The notes: generated by a model from the letters alone, not told the origin. 60,209 bases of DNA from Rhodobacterales bacterium (GCA_038247355.1 JBBRUZ010000001.1:1-60209); one strand, 5' to 3'. Shown: positions 41,500 through 52,041, numbered from the stretch's first letter. Program-made: numbers and translations.

Positions 41500-43104
41500 T
41501 CAGGCGGCCTTGACCGCAACGGCGATAACGTCGTCGTCGACGAAGGCCTCGTACTGGCCAAAATTCTTCGCAAACATCGCCACCAGCCGCGCGGCCTGAG
41601 CGTCGTAATCGGCGCCGTCGGCCCAGGTTCCGCGCGGATCGAGCAGCGCCGCATCAACGCCAGGCGCCGCGACCGGAACCTCGAAGCCGAAATTCGAATC
41701 GCGTCGGAACTGCGCCGTGTTCAGCGAACCATCCAGCGCCGCCTTCAGCAGCGTCCGAGTCGCGGCGATCGGCATCCGGTGACCCGTCCCGTAGGCGCCG
41801 CCCGTCCAGCCGGTGTTCACGAGCCAGCACGAGGCGCCCGAGGCCGCGATTTTCTCGAGCAGCATCGCACCATAAACCTCCGGCCGGCGCGGCATGAACG
41901 GTGCGCCGAAGCAGGTCGAGAACGTCGGTTGCGGCTCGGTCACACCCCGCTCGGTCCCCGCTACCTTCGAGGTAAAGCCCGAAAGGAAATGATACATCGC
42001 CTGCGACGGCGTCAGTCGCGCGATCGGAGGCAGAACGCCGAACGCGTCGCAGGTCAGCATAACGATATTGCGCGGCGTGCCGGCCCGCGCCGTCGGGCTT
42101 GCGTTCGAAATCGCCTCGAGCGGATAGGCGCAGCGCGTATTGGCCGTCAGGCTGTCGTTCTCGAAATCCAGCTCCCGCGTCACCGGGTCATAGATCATGT
42201 TCTCGATCACCGTGCCGAACCGATGGGTGGTCGCGTAAATTTCCGGCTCGGCGGCGGCGGAAAGATTGATCGTCTTGGCGTAGCATCCGCCCTCGAAGTT
42301 GAACGTGCCCTTATCGGACCAACCGTGCTCGTCGTCGCCGATCAGGATGCGCGACGGATCCGCCGACAGCGTCGTCTTGCCCGTGCCCGACAACCCGAAG
42401 AACACCGCTACGTCGTCTGGGTCGCCCGGAGCGTGATTGGCCGAGCAATGCATCGGCATCACGCCCTTCTCAGGAAGCAGATAGTTGAGGATCGTGAACA
42501 CCGACTTCTTGTTTTCGCCGGCATAGGCGGTGCCGGCGATCAGCACGAGCTTCCTTTCGAACGAGATCACGATGGCGGTCTCGGACCGGACGCCGTGTCG
42601 CACCGGGTCCGCGCTGAAGCTCGGGCAATTGAGGATGGTGAAGTCCGGCGCGAACGTCGCGAGCTCGTCGATCGCGGGCCGGCGCAGCAAGTGCCGGATA
42701 AACAAGCCATGCCAGGCCAACTCCGCAATCACCCTGACGTTCAGCCGGTGCGCCGGGTCCGCCCCCGCGTAAAGATCCTCAATGAACAGTTCGCCGCCCC
42801 TCACATGCGCCTTCATGTCGGCGTGCAGCCGCTCGAAATGCTCGGGCGATAGCGGCGCGTTGTTTTCCCACCATATATGCGCCTCGACGCCTGGTTCGCG
42901 CACAACGAACTTGTCTTTTGGGCTGCGGCCCGTATGTTTGCCGGTGGTCACGAGCAATGTCCCGCCCTGTCCGATCTCGCCCTCACCCCGACTTACGGCG
43001 GCCTGCACCAGAGCGGGTTCGGTCAGGTTGTAATGCGCCTTCGCCACACCGACGAGGCCAGTCGCCTCGAGGGTCATCTTCGGATTCACTGGGCCAGTCG
43101 TCAT
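41500..43104 (-). CDS. pckA: Phosphoenolpyruvate carboxykinase (ATP)
   Basis: Motifs [38 protein letters not shown] and NFEGGCYAK. Confidence 0.98.
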   Translation of the reverse strand: MTTGPVNPKMTLEATGLVGVAKAHYNLTEPALVQAAVSRGEGEIGQGGTLLVTTGKHTGRSPKDKFVVREPGVEAHIWWENNAPLSPEHFERLHADMKAHVRGGELFIEDLYAGADPAHRLNVRVIAELAWHGLFIRHLLRRPAIDELATFAPDFTILNCPSFSADPVRHGVRSETAIVISFERKLVLIAGTAYAGENKKSVFTILNYLLPEKGVMPMHCSANHAPGDPDDVAVFFGLSGTGKTTLSADPSRILIGDDEHGWSDKGTFNFEGGCYAKTINLSAAAEPEIYATTHRFGTVIENMIYDPVTRELDFENDSLTANTRCAYPLEAISNASPTARAGTPRNIVMLTCDAFGVLPPIARLTPSQAMYHFLSGFTSKVAGTERGVTEPQPTFSTCFGAPFMPRRPEVYGAMLLEKIAASGASCWLVNTGWTGGAYGTGHRMPIAATRTLLKAALDGSLNTAQFRRDSNFGFEVPVAAPGVDAALLDPRGTWADGADYDAQAARLVAMFAKNFGQYEAFVDDDVIAVAVKAA

Positions 43105-43381
43105 GTATCGAAACTCCCATTCATGACCGCAGCCACGGCCCACCAAACCAAACTCACGGTCGTGACCGCAACCGCCGCCGGCCATGCGCAACCGCAAAAT
43201 TTCACTACAGCTGTTGATAGCACGTCCAATGATTTTTTGTTTCGCCAAGATAGAGTTAACTCCATGGGAACGTCATGAATCCGTCCGATGCGTGTCCGTC
43301 GATGTTGGGATCGATGTTCGCTTGCTTTCGCACTGCACAATCGAGGAGCGGCACTCCACGCGGGCGGCATGGAGCCACGCC

Positions 43382-43810
43382 GTGAGTCGGGAAAACGCGT
43401 CGCTGAACCTGCACGCGTCGGCTGTGGCGTTCGGCGAACGCGGCGTTCTGATCCTCGGCGCGTCGGGCGCCGGCAAGTCCGGCCTGGCGTTGCGGTTGAT
43501 TGCGGCGGGCGCGAGGCTGGTCGCGGACGACAGGGTCCTGCTCGACGCGCGCGACGGCGCGCTGATCGCCTCGGCTCCCGCGGCGCTGCGCGGCATGATC
43601 GAGGCGCGCGGGATCGGGTTGCTGCGCGCCGACGCGCTCGACGCCGCGGCGCTGGTTCTGGCGGTCGATCTCGACCGATCGGACGCGGCGAGGATGCCAC
43701 ATCCGCACACAATTGCGTATCTCGGCTTGGAAATTGAGTTGATGTTAGCGGATGGCGTGCCAAATCTCGCAGTAGCCTTGGTCCAGCTATTCCGCTTCGG
43801 ACGGACCTGA
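43382..43810 (+). CDS. hprK: Short alphaproteobacterial HPr kinase/phosphorylase
   Basis: Motifs LHASAV, GASGAGKS, LVADD and IEARGIGL; GTG start. Confidence 0.9.
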   Translation: MSRENASLNLHASAVAFGERGVLILGASGAGKSGLALRLIAAGARLVADDRVLLDARDGALIASAPAALRGMIEARGIGLLRADALDAAALVLAVDLDRSDAARMPHPHTIAYLGLEIELMLADGVPNLAVALVQLFRFGRT

Positions 43811-43848
43811 CGAAGAGACGAAGCACGGGTCTGCAAGGGCGAACGAGC

Positions 43849-44769
43849 GTGGAACCGGCGAATGGCCCCGGAGCGGGCCAAGATATCGTGATCGTCACCG
43901 GACCGGCCGGAGCGGGTCGCACTTCGACGATCCGCGCGCTCGAGGATTTCGGTTTCGAGGCAATCGACAACCTGCCGCTGTCGCTGATGCCACGGTTGAT
44001 CGCCGGGCCGCCGATGACGCGGCCGCTCGTGGTCGGGGTTGATCCGCGAAACCGCGATTTCGCCGTCGATGCGCTGACCGATATGCTGGACGTGATCGGT
44101 GCGCGCCCGGGCTGCCGCCCGGTGCTGGTCTATGTCGATTGCGCGCCGGACGCGCTGATCGCGCGCTACAGCGAGTCGCGGCGGCGGCATCCGTCGAGCC
44201 CGAACGAGACGCCGCTCGTCGGGATCGAGCGCGAGATGGCGCTGCTGGCCCCGTTGAAGGTCCGGGCCGACGTCCTGATCGACACCACCGCGATGACGCC
44301 GCACGACCTGCGCGCCGAGCTCGCGAGGTGGTTCGCGCCCGACGACGCCTCGGGCGGGCTCGCGATCACGCTCCAGTCGTTCTCCTACGCGCGAGGGGCG
44401 CCACGCGGCGCGGACATGGTGATCGACTGCCGGTTTCTGCAAAATCCGCATTGGGACGCGCGGCTGCGGGCGCGCGACGGTCGCGATCCGCAGGTGGCGG
44501 CGTTCGTGGCCGCCGATCCCAGACATCCGGCCTTCTACCTGCGCCTCGCGGATCTGCTGCGGTTCCTGCTGCCGGCCTATCGGGACGAGGGCAAGTCCTA
44601 CTTCACGCTTGCGCTCGGATGCACGGGCGGAAAGCATCGGTCGGTCGCGGTCACCGAAGCGCTCGCGATAACGCTTGCGCAAGACGGATGGCAGGTGTCT
44701 ATTCTGCATCGGGACATGGAGCGTACTTTGACGACCTCGGTCTTCGAAAAGAGAGCGAGCGGGGTGTGA
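43849..44769 (+). CDS. rapZ: RNase adapter RapZ (YvcJ-family P-loop protein)
   Basis: Motifs VTGPAGAGR, DNLP, RRRHP, DCRFLQNPHW and GCTGGKHRSV. Confidence 0.94.
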   Translation: MEPANGPGAGQDIVIVTGPAGAGRTSTIRALEDFGFEAIDNLPLSLMPRLIAGPPMTRPLVVGVDPRNRDFAVDALTDMLDVIGARPGCRPVLVYVDCAPDALIARYSESRRRHPSSPNETPLVGIEREMALLAPLKVRADVLIDTTAMTPHDLRAELARWFAPDDASGGLAITLQSFSYARGAPRGADMVIDCRFLQNPHWDARLRARDGRDPQVAAFVAADPRHPAFYLRLADLLRFLLPAYRDEGKSYFTLALGCTGGKHRSVAVTEALAITLAQDGWQVSILHRDMERTLTTSVFEKRASGV

Positions 44770-45179
44770 TCGGTATAGTAATAGTTGCGCATGGCGGACT
44801 TGCCCGCGAATACCTCGCGGCCATGGAGCATGTAGTAGGCAGGCTTCCCGGAACGATCGCCGTTGCGATCGACGCCGAAGACGACAGCACGCGAAAGCAG
44901 CACGAGATCGACGCAGCCATCAGTTCGGTCGATACCGGTGAAGGCGTGGTCGTGGTGACCGATATGTTCGGTGGCACCCCGTCGAACCTGGCGATGGAAG
45001 CCTGTCGGGCCTCCGGACGGATGGTGATATACGGAGCGAACCTGCCGCTCCTCGTCAAACTCGCCAAGGCGCGGCGGCTGCCGCTCCGCGAGGCTGTGGC
45101 CTGCGCATTGACCGCGGGACGCAAGTACATCAATTCCGTGGATGGGTTCGGCGAAGACCAATTGCCGATCGCTCTCTGA
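44766..45179 (+). CDS. PTS EIIA (mannose type)
   Basis: Motifs IVIVAHG, TDMFGGTPSN and GANLP. Confidence 0.93.
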   Translation: MIGIVIVAHGGLAREYLAAMEHVVGRLPGTIAVAIDAEDDSTRKQHEIDAAISSVDTGEGVVVVTDMFGGTPSNLAMEACRASGRMVIYGANLPLLVKLAKARRLPLREAVACALTAGRKYINSVDGFGEDQLPIAL

Positions 45180-45202
45180 ACTCAACGGCCGACCGGAGAT
45201 TG

Positions 45203-45469
45203 ATGCGCCTCTGCCTCGATATCGTCAACGACAAGGGTCTGCATGCGCGCGCCTCGGCGAAATTCGTCGAGACCGTGGAGCGTTTTGACGCGCGGGCGAT
45301 GGTCAGCCGCGACGGCATGGAAGTGTCGGGCGACTCGATCATGGGTCTTATGATGCTTGCCGCCGCAAAGGGCACGTCAATCGACGTCCATGTCGAAGGC
45401 GCGGACGCCGCCGCACTTGCCGAGGCCCTCCGCACCCTCGTCGCCGGGCGGTTCGGCGAAGCGAGCTGA
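45203..45469 (+). CDS. ptsH: Phosphocarrier protein HPr/NPr
   Basis: Motifs GLHARASAKFV and SIMGLMML. Confidence 0.93.
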   Translation: MRLCLDIVNDKGLHARASAKFVETVERFDARAMVSRDGMEVSGDSIMGLMMLAAAKGTSIDVHVEGADAAALAEALRTLVAGRFGEAS

Positions 45470-45596
45470 GATCCTGCCGGGCCGCTCATCCGTCGCCGAT
45501 CGCCCGACATCCGCGAAAGACGCGAGCCAACGTCGTCGTCGACGTCGCGAATATGGATCGGCGGACGGTGACCACGCGCCTCAGCGCCGCGATCGC

Positions 45597-46163
45597 TCAG
45601 CCGACTTCGGGAGCGACGGACGCGGGCGCGGCGAGCAACTGGTCGAGGGCCACGAAGACCCGCTCCCGCTCGACCGGATCATGGGCCTGCGGATCGGTCA
45701 GGCGGATGTGCAGCAGGCCCTCGCAGGCAAGATACGCCACCGCGGCGAGCGCCGGATCCGGGCAGCGTCCGAAGACGTCACGCAGCATCGACTGCCGAAA
45801 ATCGCGCAGCGGCGCGATGAACTCCGGATCCTCGGCGATGGCCGCGAAGAGCCCCACAGGCGGGTTGGCGTGATCGAGCTTGGCGCGAATGATCCGAAGG
45901 TAGGCGCGCGCGGTCTCGACCGGACTGACGGCCGACGCGGCGTCACCCTGCAGAGCGCGCCGCATCCCCTCCACATGCTCGGCGACGATGGCGCGCAGCA
46001 GATCGTGCTTCGTCGGAAAATGATAGAGCAGCCCGCCCTTGGAGACCCCCGCGCGCGCGGCGACCGCTTCGATCGAGACATGGGTCGGCCCCATCTCGCA
46101 ACTCAAGGCCTCGGCGGCGGCGAGAATGCGCGCTCGGGTCTCCGGCGGTCGCTGTTTTGTCAA
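45597..46163 (-). CDS. TetR-family regulator
   Basis: HTH IEAVAARAGVSKGGLLYHFPTK; probable TTG start; divergent from the RND operon. Confidence 0.9.
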   Translation of the reverse strand: MTKQRPPETRARILAAAEALSCEMGPTHVSIEAVAARAGVSKGGLLYHFPTKHDLLRAIVAEHVEGMRRALQGDAASAVSPVETARAYLRIIRAKLDHANPPVGLFAAIAEDPEFIAPLRDFRQSMLRDVFGRCPDPALAAVAYLACEGLLHIRLTDPQAHDPVERERVFVALDQLLAAPASVAPEVG

Positions 46164-46192
46164 GGTGCGGAAGCTCCGACGTGGATTGACTT

Positions 46193-46208
46193 TACCGTCC
46201 GGACGGTA
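46193..46208. promoter_or_regulatory. Probable TetR operator
   Basis: Perfect 16-bp palindrome TACCGTCCGGACGGTA just after a TTGACT -35-like hexamer (46186-46191). Confidence 0.8.
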
Positions 46209-46288
46209 CAGCAACGGATTGTGAAGCGGAAGTGGAAATCAGAGCCGATTCGCCCGGTCCCCGGGCGCAGATCCGGAGCGGGAAGTCG

Positions 46289-47386
46289 ATGATCAAGCGG
46301 TTGCTTATAGCTGTCGTGCTGCTGACCGTCGTCGTCGGCGGCATCGTCGGCTTCAACATGTTCCGCGCGCAGGCGATCCAGGGATTCTTCGCGGGAATGC
46401 AGCCGCCCCCGGTCACCGTGTCGGTGATCGAGGCCGAGCCGATGACATGGCGTCCGGGCGTCGAGGCGATCGGCACCGCCAGCGCGGCGCGAGGCGTGGA
46501 CCTCGCCGTCGAAACCGGCGGCATCGTCCAGAGCATCCTGTTCTCGGCGAACGACCGTGTAGTTGCGGACCAGAACCTGATGCAGATCCGCGACGATGTC
46601 GAGCGCGCCGATCTCGCGGCGGCGAACGCCACGCTGGAGTTGAGCCGATCCGAGCTTGAGCGCGCCCGCGCGCTGCAGGAACGCGGAGTCAGCGCCGCGA
46701 ACACCGTCGAGACGGCGGAGGCCTCATCGACCGAGGCGCGCTCGCAGGTGGTGCGGCTGACCGCGATCATGGACCAGAAGGCGTTGGATGCCCCGTTCCA
46801 TGGGGTGATCGGCATCCCGAGCGTCGAGGTCGGGCAATACGTCGAACCGGGAACGGTGTTCGCCAGCCTGCAGGATCTCGATACGATGCGCGTGGACTTC
46901 TCGATCCCCGAGCAACAGGTGCGCCTCGTGCGCATCGGCATGCCCGTGACCGTGACTTCCGAAGCCGGCGGCGCGAGCTTCACAGGCAACATCACCGGCA
47001 TCGAGCCGAAGATCGACCCCAACAGCCGTCTCGTGACGATCCGCGCCGACGTCGACAATCCCGGCGGCGGCCTGAACCCGGGCCAGTTCTTGCGGGTGCG
47101 GGTCGAATTGCCCGAGGAAACCGGCGTGATGGCGCTGCCCCAGACGGTGCTCAGCTCGAACCTCTACGGCGACTCGGTTTACGTCGTGCGCGACGGCGAG
47201 GCGGAGGGCGCGATGACGGTCGAGCAGGTGTTCGTCAAGGTCGGCCGGCGCTCGCTCGGTCTGGTCGAGATCGCCGAGGGCGTCGCACCCGGCGACCGGG
47301 TGGTCAGCGCCGGGCAGAACCGGCTGTCGGGCGGATCGCCGGTCGTCATCGACAACACCGTCACCCCGACCATCACGCAACAATAG
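46289..47386 (+). CDS. RND efflux periplasmic adaptor (membrane fusion protein)
   Basis: N-terminal TM anchor, lipoyl halves, hairpin, APFHGVIG and PGQF. Confidence 0.93.
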   Translation: MIKRLLIAVVLLTVVVGGIVGFNMFRAQAIQGFFAGMQPPPVTVSVIEAEPMTWRPGVEAIGTASAARGVDLAVETGGIVQSILFSANDRVVADQNLMQIRDDVERADLAAANATLELSRSELERARALQERGVSAANTVETAEASSTEARSQVVRLTAIMDQKALDAPFHGVIGIPSVEVGQYVEPGTVFASLQDLDTMRVDFSIPEQQVRLVRIGMPVTVTSEAGGASFTGNITGIEPKIDPNSRLVTIRADVDNPGGGLNPGQFLRVRVELPEETGVMALPQTVLSSNLYGDSVYVVRDGEAEGAMTVEQVFVKVGRRSLGLVEIAEGVAPGDRVVSAGQNRLSGGSPVVIDNTVTPTITQQ

Positions 47387-47395
47387 GCGCTCACC

Positions 47396-50300
47396 ATGAG
47401 CTTCTCCGAGATCTTCATCCGCCGGCCCGTGCTCTCGACGGTCCTCGCGGCGTTCATCCTGTTGCTGGGCTTCCAGGGCATGTTTAGCCTGCCTGTCCGG
47501 CAATACCCGGAGGTCGAGGAGACGGTCGTCACGATCACGACCATCTATCCCGGCGCCGCGCCCGAACTGATCCAGGGGTTCATCACCGCCCCGATCGCGG
47601 CGGCCGTGGCGACCACCGAGAACATCGACTACGTCACCAGCGCGAGCCGGCCCTCGATCAGCGTCGTCAGCGTGACGATGCGGCTCGGCGCCGACCCCGA
47701 CGTGGCGCTGACCGAGGTCTTGTCCAAGGTGCAGTCGGTCACCGGCGAGTTGCCCGAGGAGGCCGAGGACCCGGTGATCGTCAAGGGCACCGGCCAGACC
47801 TTCGCGCTGATGTATCTCGCGGCGCTTAACCCGAACATGACCGCCGAGCAACTGACCGAGTACCTCGAGCGCGTCATCCGGCCGCGGATGTCGACGATCG
47901 AGGGCGTCGCCGAGATCGAGATACTCGGCGCGCAGAAGTATGCGATGCGCGTCTGGATCGACCCTCTGCAACTCGCCGCCCGCGGCGTCACCGCCTCGGA
48001 GGTCCTCGAGGCGATCAGCGCGTCGAATTTCCTCTCCGCGCCGGGCAAGACCGAAGGCGAATACACCGCCTACTCGATCACGCTGGAGTCGACGCTCCAG
48101 ACGCCGGAGGCGTTCGGGGCGCTGCCGCTGAAGGCCGACGGCGACGCCGTCGTGCGCCTGCGCGACGTCGCGCGGATCGAACTCGCGGCCGAGAACACCG
48201 ACACCATCGTGACGTTCGACGGCCAGCAAGGCACGTTCATCGGCATCTATCCGACGCCCGCCGCCAACCCGCTGAACGTCGCCGCGGCGGTCATCGCCGA
48301 GCTGCCGGCGATCAACGGCGCATTGCCGGCCGGAATGACCATCGAAATGGTCTACGATTCGACCGAGACCATCAGCGCGTCCATCGAGGAGGTGTTCAAG
48401 ACGATCGCCGAGGCCGTGGCCATCGTCGTCGTGGTGATCCTGCTGTTCCTCGGCTCGTTCCGGTCGGTCCTGATGCCTGTGGTCACGATCCCGCTGTCGC
48501 TGATCGGCGTCTGCGCGGTTCTGCTGGGCCTCGGCTATTCGATCAATCTTCTGTCTTTGCTCGCGATGGTGCTTGCGATCGGCCTCGTGGTGGACGACGC
48601 GATCGTCGTCGTCGAGAACATCCACCGGCACATCGAGGAAGGTCTGACGCCGATGGACGCGTCGATCCTCGGCATGAAGGAGATCACCGGGCCGGTGATC
48701 GCGATGACGCTGACGCTGGCCGCCGTGCTGACGCCGCTTGCGTTCACCGGCGGCCTGACCGGCGCGCTCTTCGCCGAATTCGCGTTCACGCTGTCGGGCG
48801 CCGTGATCATCTCCGGGATCGTGGCGCTGACCATCACGCCGGCGATGTCCGCGCGCATCCTCAAGTCCGGCGAGGCGGGGCGGTTCCAGCGGGTCGTCGA
48901 TCGAACATCTGACCGGGTGGCCGGGTGGTACGAGCGCCGGGTGTCGAGCTCGCTCGACTATCGGCCGGTGACGATGCTGATTGTCGTGGCGTTGCTCGGG
49001 GCCACCGGCTTCATGTTTGTCAACACCACGAGCGAACTGGCGCCGGAGGAGGATGTGGGCGCGCTTTTCGCCATCCTGAACGGGCCGCGCTACGCAACCA
49101 AGGAATACACCCAGCTCTACGTCGATCAGGTCTCCGGCCTCACCGACGACATCGAGGAGGTCCGCACGAAGTTCTCGATCGTCGGGATCGACGGCGCGAA
49201 CTCGGCCTTCTACATCTGGCCGCTGGTCGACTGGGCCGACCGCGATCGCAGCCAGGCGCAGGTCCAGCAGGACATCCAGGCCCGGCTCGGGGGCAGCGCC
49301 GGGCTCGAGGGCTTCGTGTTCTCGCCCCCGTCCCTTCCCGGTTCCGGCGGAGGACTGCCGATCACCGTAGTGATCCAGTCGATCTACGAAGCGTCCCGCG
49401 TCTTCGAGGTGGCCGAGGAGATAAGGCGCGAAGCGCAAGCCTCCGGACGGTTCATCGTCGTGCAGAACAGCCTCGCCTTCGACGCGCCGGAAGTGACCGT
49501 CACCATTGACCGCGATCGGGCGGCGAGCCTGAACGTGCCGGTCTCCGAGATCGGGGCGACGCTCGGCATTCTGGTCGGCGGCGGGCCGGTGGGCCAGTTC
49601 GACCGCGATTCCAACAGCTACGACATCATTACCCAGGTGCCGGTCGAGTACCGCGACAATCCCGAGAGGCTGGGCCAGTTCTTCGTGCGCGCGGCGACCG
49701 GCGAGATGGTGCCGCTGAGCTCGGTGGTCACGATATCGACCGGCGCCTCGCCCGCCTCGATCGAGCAGTTCAACCAGCTCAACTCCGCCACGATCTCCGC
49801 CCTGCCGCTACCGACCGTCTCGACCGGCGACGGGCTGGCGGAGATCGTGCGGATCGGCAACGAAACGCTGCCCGAGGGGTTCTTCATCGACTATTCCGGG
49901 CAGTCCCGGCTCGAGGTGGCGCAGGGCAACACGATCCTGATCGCCTTCGCGCTCGCCATCGTCGTCATCTATCTGGTGCTGGCCGCGCAGTTCGAGAGCT
50001 TCCGCGACCCGTTCATCATCCTGATGTCGGTGCCGCTGTCGATCTTCGGGGCCATCCTGCCGCTCAACGCCGGGCTCGGCACGCTCAACATCTATACGCA
50101 GGTGGGCCTGATCACTTTGATCGGCCTCATCACCAAGCACGGCATCCTGCTCGTCGAGTTCGCCAACCAGCAGCGCGACGAGCATGGCCTGAACCGGCGC
50201 GACGCCATCGTCGCCGCCGCGAAGGTCAGGCTCCGGCCGATCCTGATGACGACGGCGGCGATGGCGCTGGCGGTGGTGCCGCTGATCATCGCATCGGGCG

Positions 50301-50464
50301 CCGGCGCCGCGGCGCGGCAATCGATGGGCATCGTCATCTTCTCCGGCCTGCTGGTGGGGACGTTCTTCACGCTGTTCGTCGTGCCGATGTTCTACACGCT
50401 GATCTCGCATCCCGATCACGCGCCGGCGACCGAGAAGGAACCGGGCGCGCAACCGGCGGAGTGA
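47396..50464 (+). CDS. RND efflux permease (HAE1 family)
   Basis: 1022 aa, with FIRRPV, AIGLVVDDAIVVVENI, IGLITKHGIL and RLRPILMT. Confidence 0.96.
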   Translation: MSFSEIFIRRPVLSTVLAAFILLLGFQGMFSLPVRQYPEVEETVVTITTIYPGAAPELIQGFITAPIAAAVATTENIDYVTSASRPSISVVSVTMRLGADPDVALTEVLSKVQSVTGELPEEAEDPVIVKGTGQTFALMYLAALNPNMTAEQLTEYLERVIRPRMSTIEGVAEIEILGAQKYAMRVWIDPLQLAARGVTASEVLEAISASNFLSAPGKTEGEYTAYSITLESTLQTPEAFGALPLKADGDAVVRLRDVARIELAAENTDTIVTFDGQQGTFIGIYPTPAANPLNVAAAVIAELPAINGALPAGMTIEMVYDSTETISASIEEVFKTIAEAVAIVVVVILLFLGSFRSVLMPVVTIPLSLIGVCAVLLGLGYSINLLSLLAMVLAIGLVVDDAIVVVENIHRHIEEGLTPMDASILGMKEITGPVIAMTLTLAAVLTPLAFTGGLTGALFAEFAFTLSGAVIISGIVALTITPAMSARILKSGEAGRFQRVVDRTSDRVAGWYERRVSSSLDYRPVTMLIVVALLGATGFMFVNTTSELAPEEDVGALFAILNGPRYATKEYTQLYVDQVSGLTDDIEEVRTKFSIVGIDGANSAFYIWPLVDWADRDRSQAQVQQDIQARLGGSAGLEGFVFSPPSLPGSGGGLPITVVIQSIYEASRVFEVAEEIRREAQASGRFIVVQNSLAFDAPEVTVTIDRDRAASLNVPVSEIGATLGILVGGGPVGQFDRDSNSYDIITQVPVEYRDNPERLGQFFVRAATGEMVPLSSVVTISTGASPASIEQFNQLNSATISALPLPTVSTGDGLAEIVRIGNETLPEGFFIDYSGQSRLEVAQGNTILIAFALAIVVIYLVLAAQFESFRDPFIILMSVPLSIFGAILPLNAGLGTLNIYTQVGLITLIGLITKHGILLVEFANQQRDEHGLNRRDAIVAAAKVRLRPILMTTAAMALAVVPLIIASGAGAAARQSMGIVIFSGLLVGTFFTLFVVPMFYTLISHPDHAPATEKEPGAQPAE

Positions 50465-50492
50465 CGCGTCGATCCACGCCGCGCCATGCGGT

Positions 50493-50813
50493 TCAGTCCT
50501 GCGTGCGCGGTATAAGCGAAGGGCCGGACGTCCCACCCGTCGGCGGCGATATCGGCGCGAGGCTGGGGTTCGGCGCGCGCGTCGGGGTTGCGGCGGGCCG
50601 GTCCGAGACCAGCGGCCCGGGAGCGGCGGGGCCGAGCACCCCGGTCACCGGCGCCGACCGGGAGACCGGGCGAGCGGGCGGCGCCGGGGCGATCGCCGCT
50701 TCCGGCGCCAGCGCGGGGGGCGCGGCCGGGACCGGCGGATAGGCGAGCGCGAGTGCGAGCAGACCCAACGCAGCAACGCCGAGCCCGGCCAGGAAACCGC
50801 GCCAGAACCCCAC
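50493..50813 (-). CDS. Small Pro/Ala-rich membrane-anchored protein, possibly a truncated gene
   Basis: RBS GGAG and GTG start, then GFWRGFLAGLGVAALGLLALALAYPP followed by a low-complexity Pro/Ala linker and no catalytic domain. Confidence 0.5.
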   Translation of the reverse strand: MGFWRGFLAGLGVAALGLLALALAYPPVPAAPPALAPEAAIAPAPPARPVSRSAPVTGVLGPAAPGPLVSDRPAATPTRAPNPSLAPISPPTGGTSGPSLIPRTQD

Positions 50814-50940
50814 GCTCCGCACGCTCGCGTCTGACGCCACGGCTCCGCCCCTTTCCCGCTTGACCCCATCCCGCGCGAGGAGCCATGTAAACGCCGCGCC
50901 GTGAAGGGCGCCAGCCCAAAGCCCCGCGAAAGGCCCGCGA

Positions 50941-51522
50941 ATGTTGTTGCTGATCGACAACTACGACAGCTTCACTTACAATCTCTATCACTATCTCGGT
51001 GAGCTCGGGGCCGAGGTCACGGTGCGGCGCAACGACGAGATCGACGCGCAGGCGGCGATGGCGATGCTGCCCAACGCGATCCTGCTGTCGCCCGGCCCGT
51101 GCGATCCCGATCGTGCCGGTGTCTGCCTCGCGTTGATCGCGGCGGCGGCCGAGACACAAACGCCGCTGATCGGCGTCTGTCTCGGGCATCAGGCGATCGG
51201 CCAGGCGTTCGGCGGCGCCGTGGTGCGGGCGCCGACCATCATGCACGGCAAGATCGACGACATCGCCCACACCGGGCGTGGCGTCTTTGCCGGACTGCCC
51301 ACACCGTTTCGCGCCACACGCTATCACAGCCTGGCCGTCGAGCGGGCGACCTTGCCGGACGTCCTCGAGATTACGGCGGAGGTGGCGGACGGCACGATCA
51401 TGGGGCTGAGCCACCGCACGCTGCCGATCCACGGCGTGCAGTTCCACCCGGAATCGATCGCCTCCGAACACGGGCACGCGCTGCTTCGGAACTTTCTCGA
51501 TCTCGCGCGTGTGGCGGCATGA
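50941..51522 (+). CDS. trpG: Anthranilate synthase component II (glutamine amidotransferase)
   Basis: Motifs IDNYDSFTYN, SPGP, GVCLGHQ, RYHSL and QFHPES. Confidence 0.93.
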   Translation: MLLLIDNYDSFTYNLYHYLGELGAEVTVRRNDEIDAQAAMAMLPNAILLSPGPCDPDRAGVCLALIAAAAETQTPLIGVCLGHQAIGQAFGGAVVRAPTIMHGKIDDIAHTGRGVFAGLPTPFRATRYHSLAVERATLPDVLEITAEVADGTIMGLSHRTLPIHGVQFHPESIASEHGHALLRNFLDLARVAA

Positions 51523-51782
51523 GCATCGCCTCGGCAATCGTGCTGTTCGTCGTGATCTGGTTTCTGGCCCTGTTCGTGGCGCTGCCCATCGGCCTCCGGA
51601 CACAGGGCGAGGACGGCAGGGTGACGCCGGGCACACCGTCCTCCGCGCCCGCCAAGCCGCGGCTCCGACGCACGTTCTTCTGGGTGACGATTGCGGCCCT
51701 GGCGATCTGGGCGCCGCTCTGCGGGTTCATCCTGTGGGGCGGGGTGAGCATGCGCGACATCGACATCTGGGACCGGATGTGA
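51519..51782 (+). CDS. DUF1467-family membrane protein
   Basis: IWFLALFVALPIGLRTQ...GTPSSAP, two TM segments. Confidence 0.85.
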   Translation: MSIASAIVLFVVIWFLALFVALPIGLRTQGEDGRVTPGTPSSAPAKPRLRRTFFWVTIAALAIWAPLCGFILWGGVSMRDIDIWDRM

Positions 51783-51891
51783 ACCTCGCATGATCGTTAT
51801 TCCGCAGCGCCGCGACGCGACATTTCGTTTCGTGACGCGCGGCCAATCCATGCTAAACTTCCTTTCTCGATCATCAGAGGAGACCCACCGC

Positions 51892-52041
51892 ATGAAGACC
51901 CTTACCGCCGCGTTCACCGCCTTGGCCCTGCTCGGCTTCGCCGCATCCGCTTCGGCGCAGTGCGCCGGCTATGCGAAGTCCGCAGCCGATCAGACCGCCC
52001 AGGCCCCCATCGTCGTGCAGCAGGGCGCAACTGGCTCCTGA
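51892..52041 (+). CDS. Small secreted protein (49 aa)
   Basis: RBS GAGGAG, classic signal peptide MKTLTAAFTALALLGFAASASA, high-GC3 codon usage. Confidence 0.7.
   Translation: MKTLTAAFTALALLGFAASASAQCAGYAKSAADQTAQAPIVVQQGATGS

Noticed and set aside
46724-49438. Long antisense ORFs (904 aa here; similar ones over gyrB, parC, phnM, ribD and pckA)
   Set aside because: These are shadow frames expected in high-GC coding DNA, with Arg/Gly/Ala-rich translations and no motifs.
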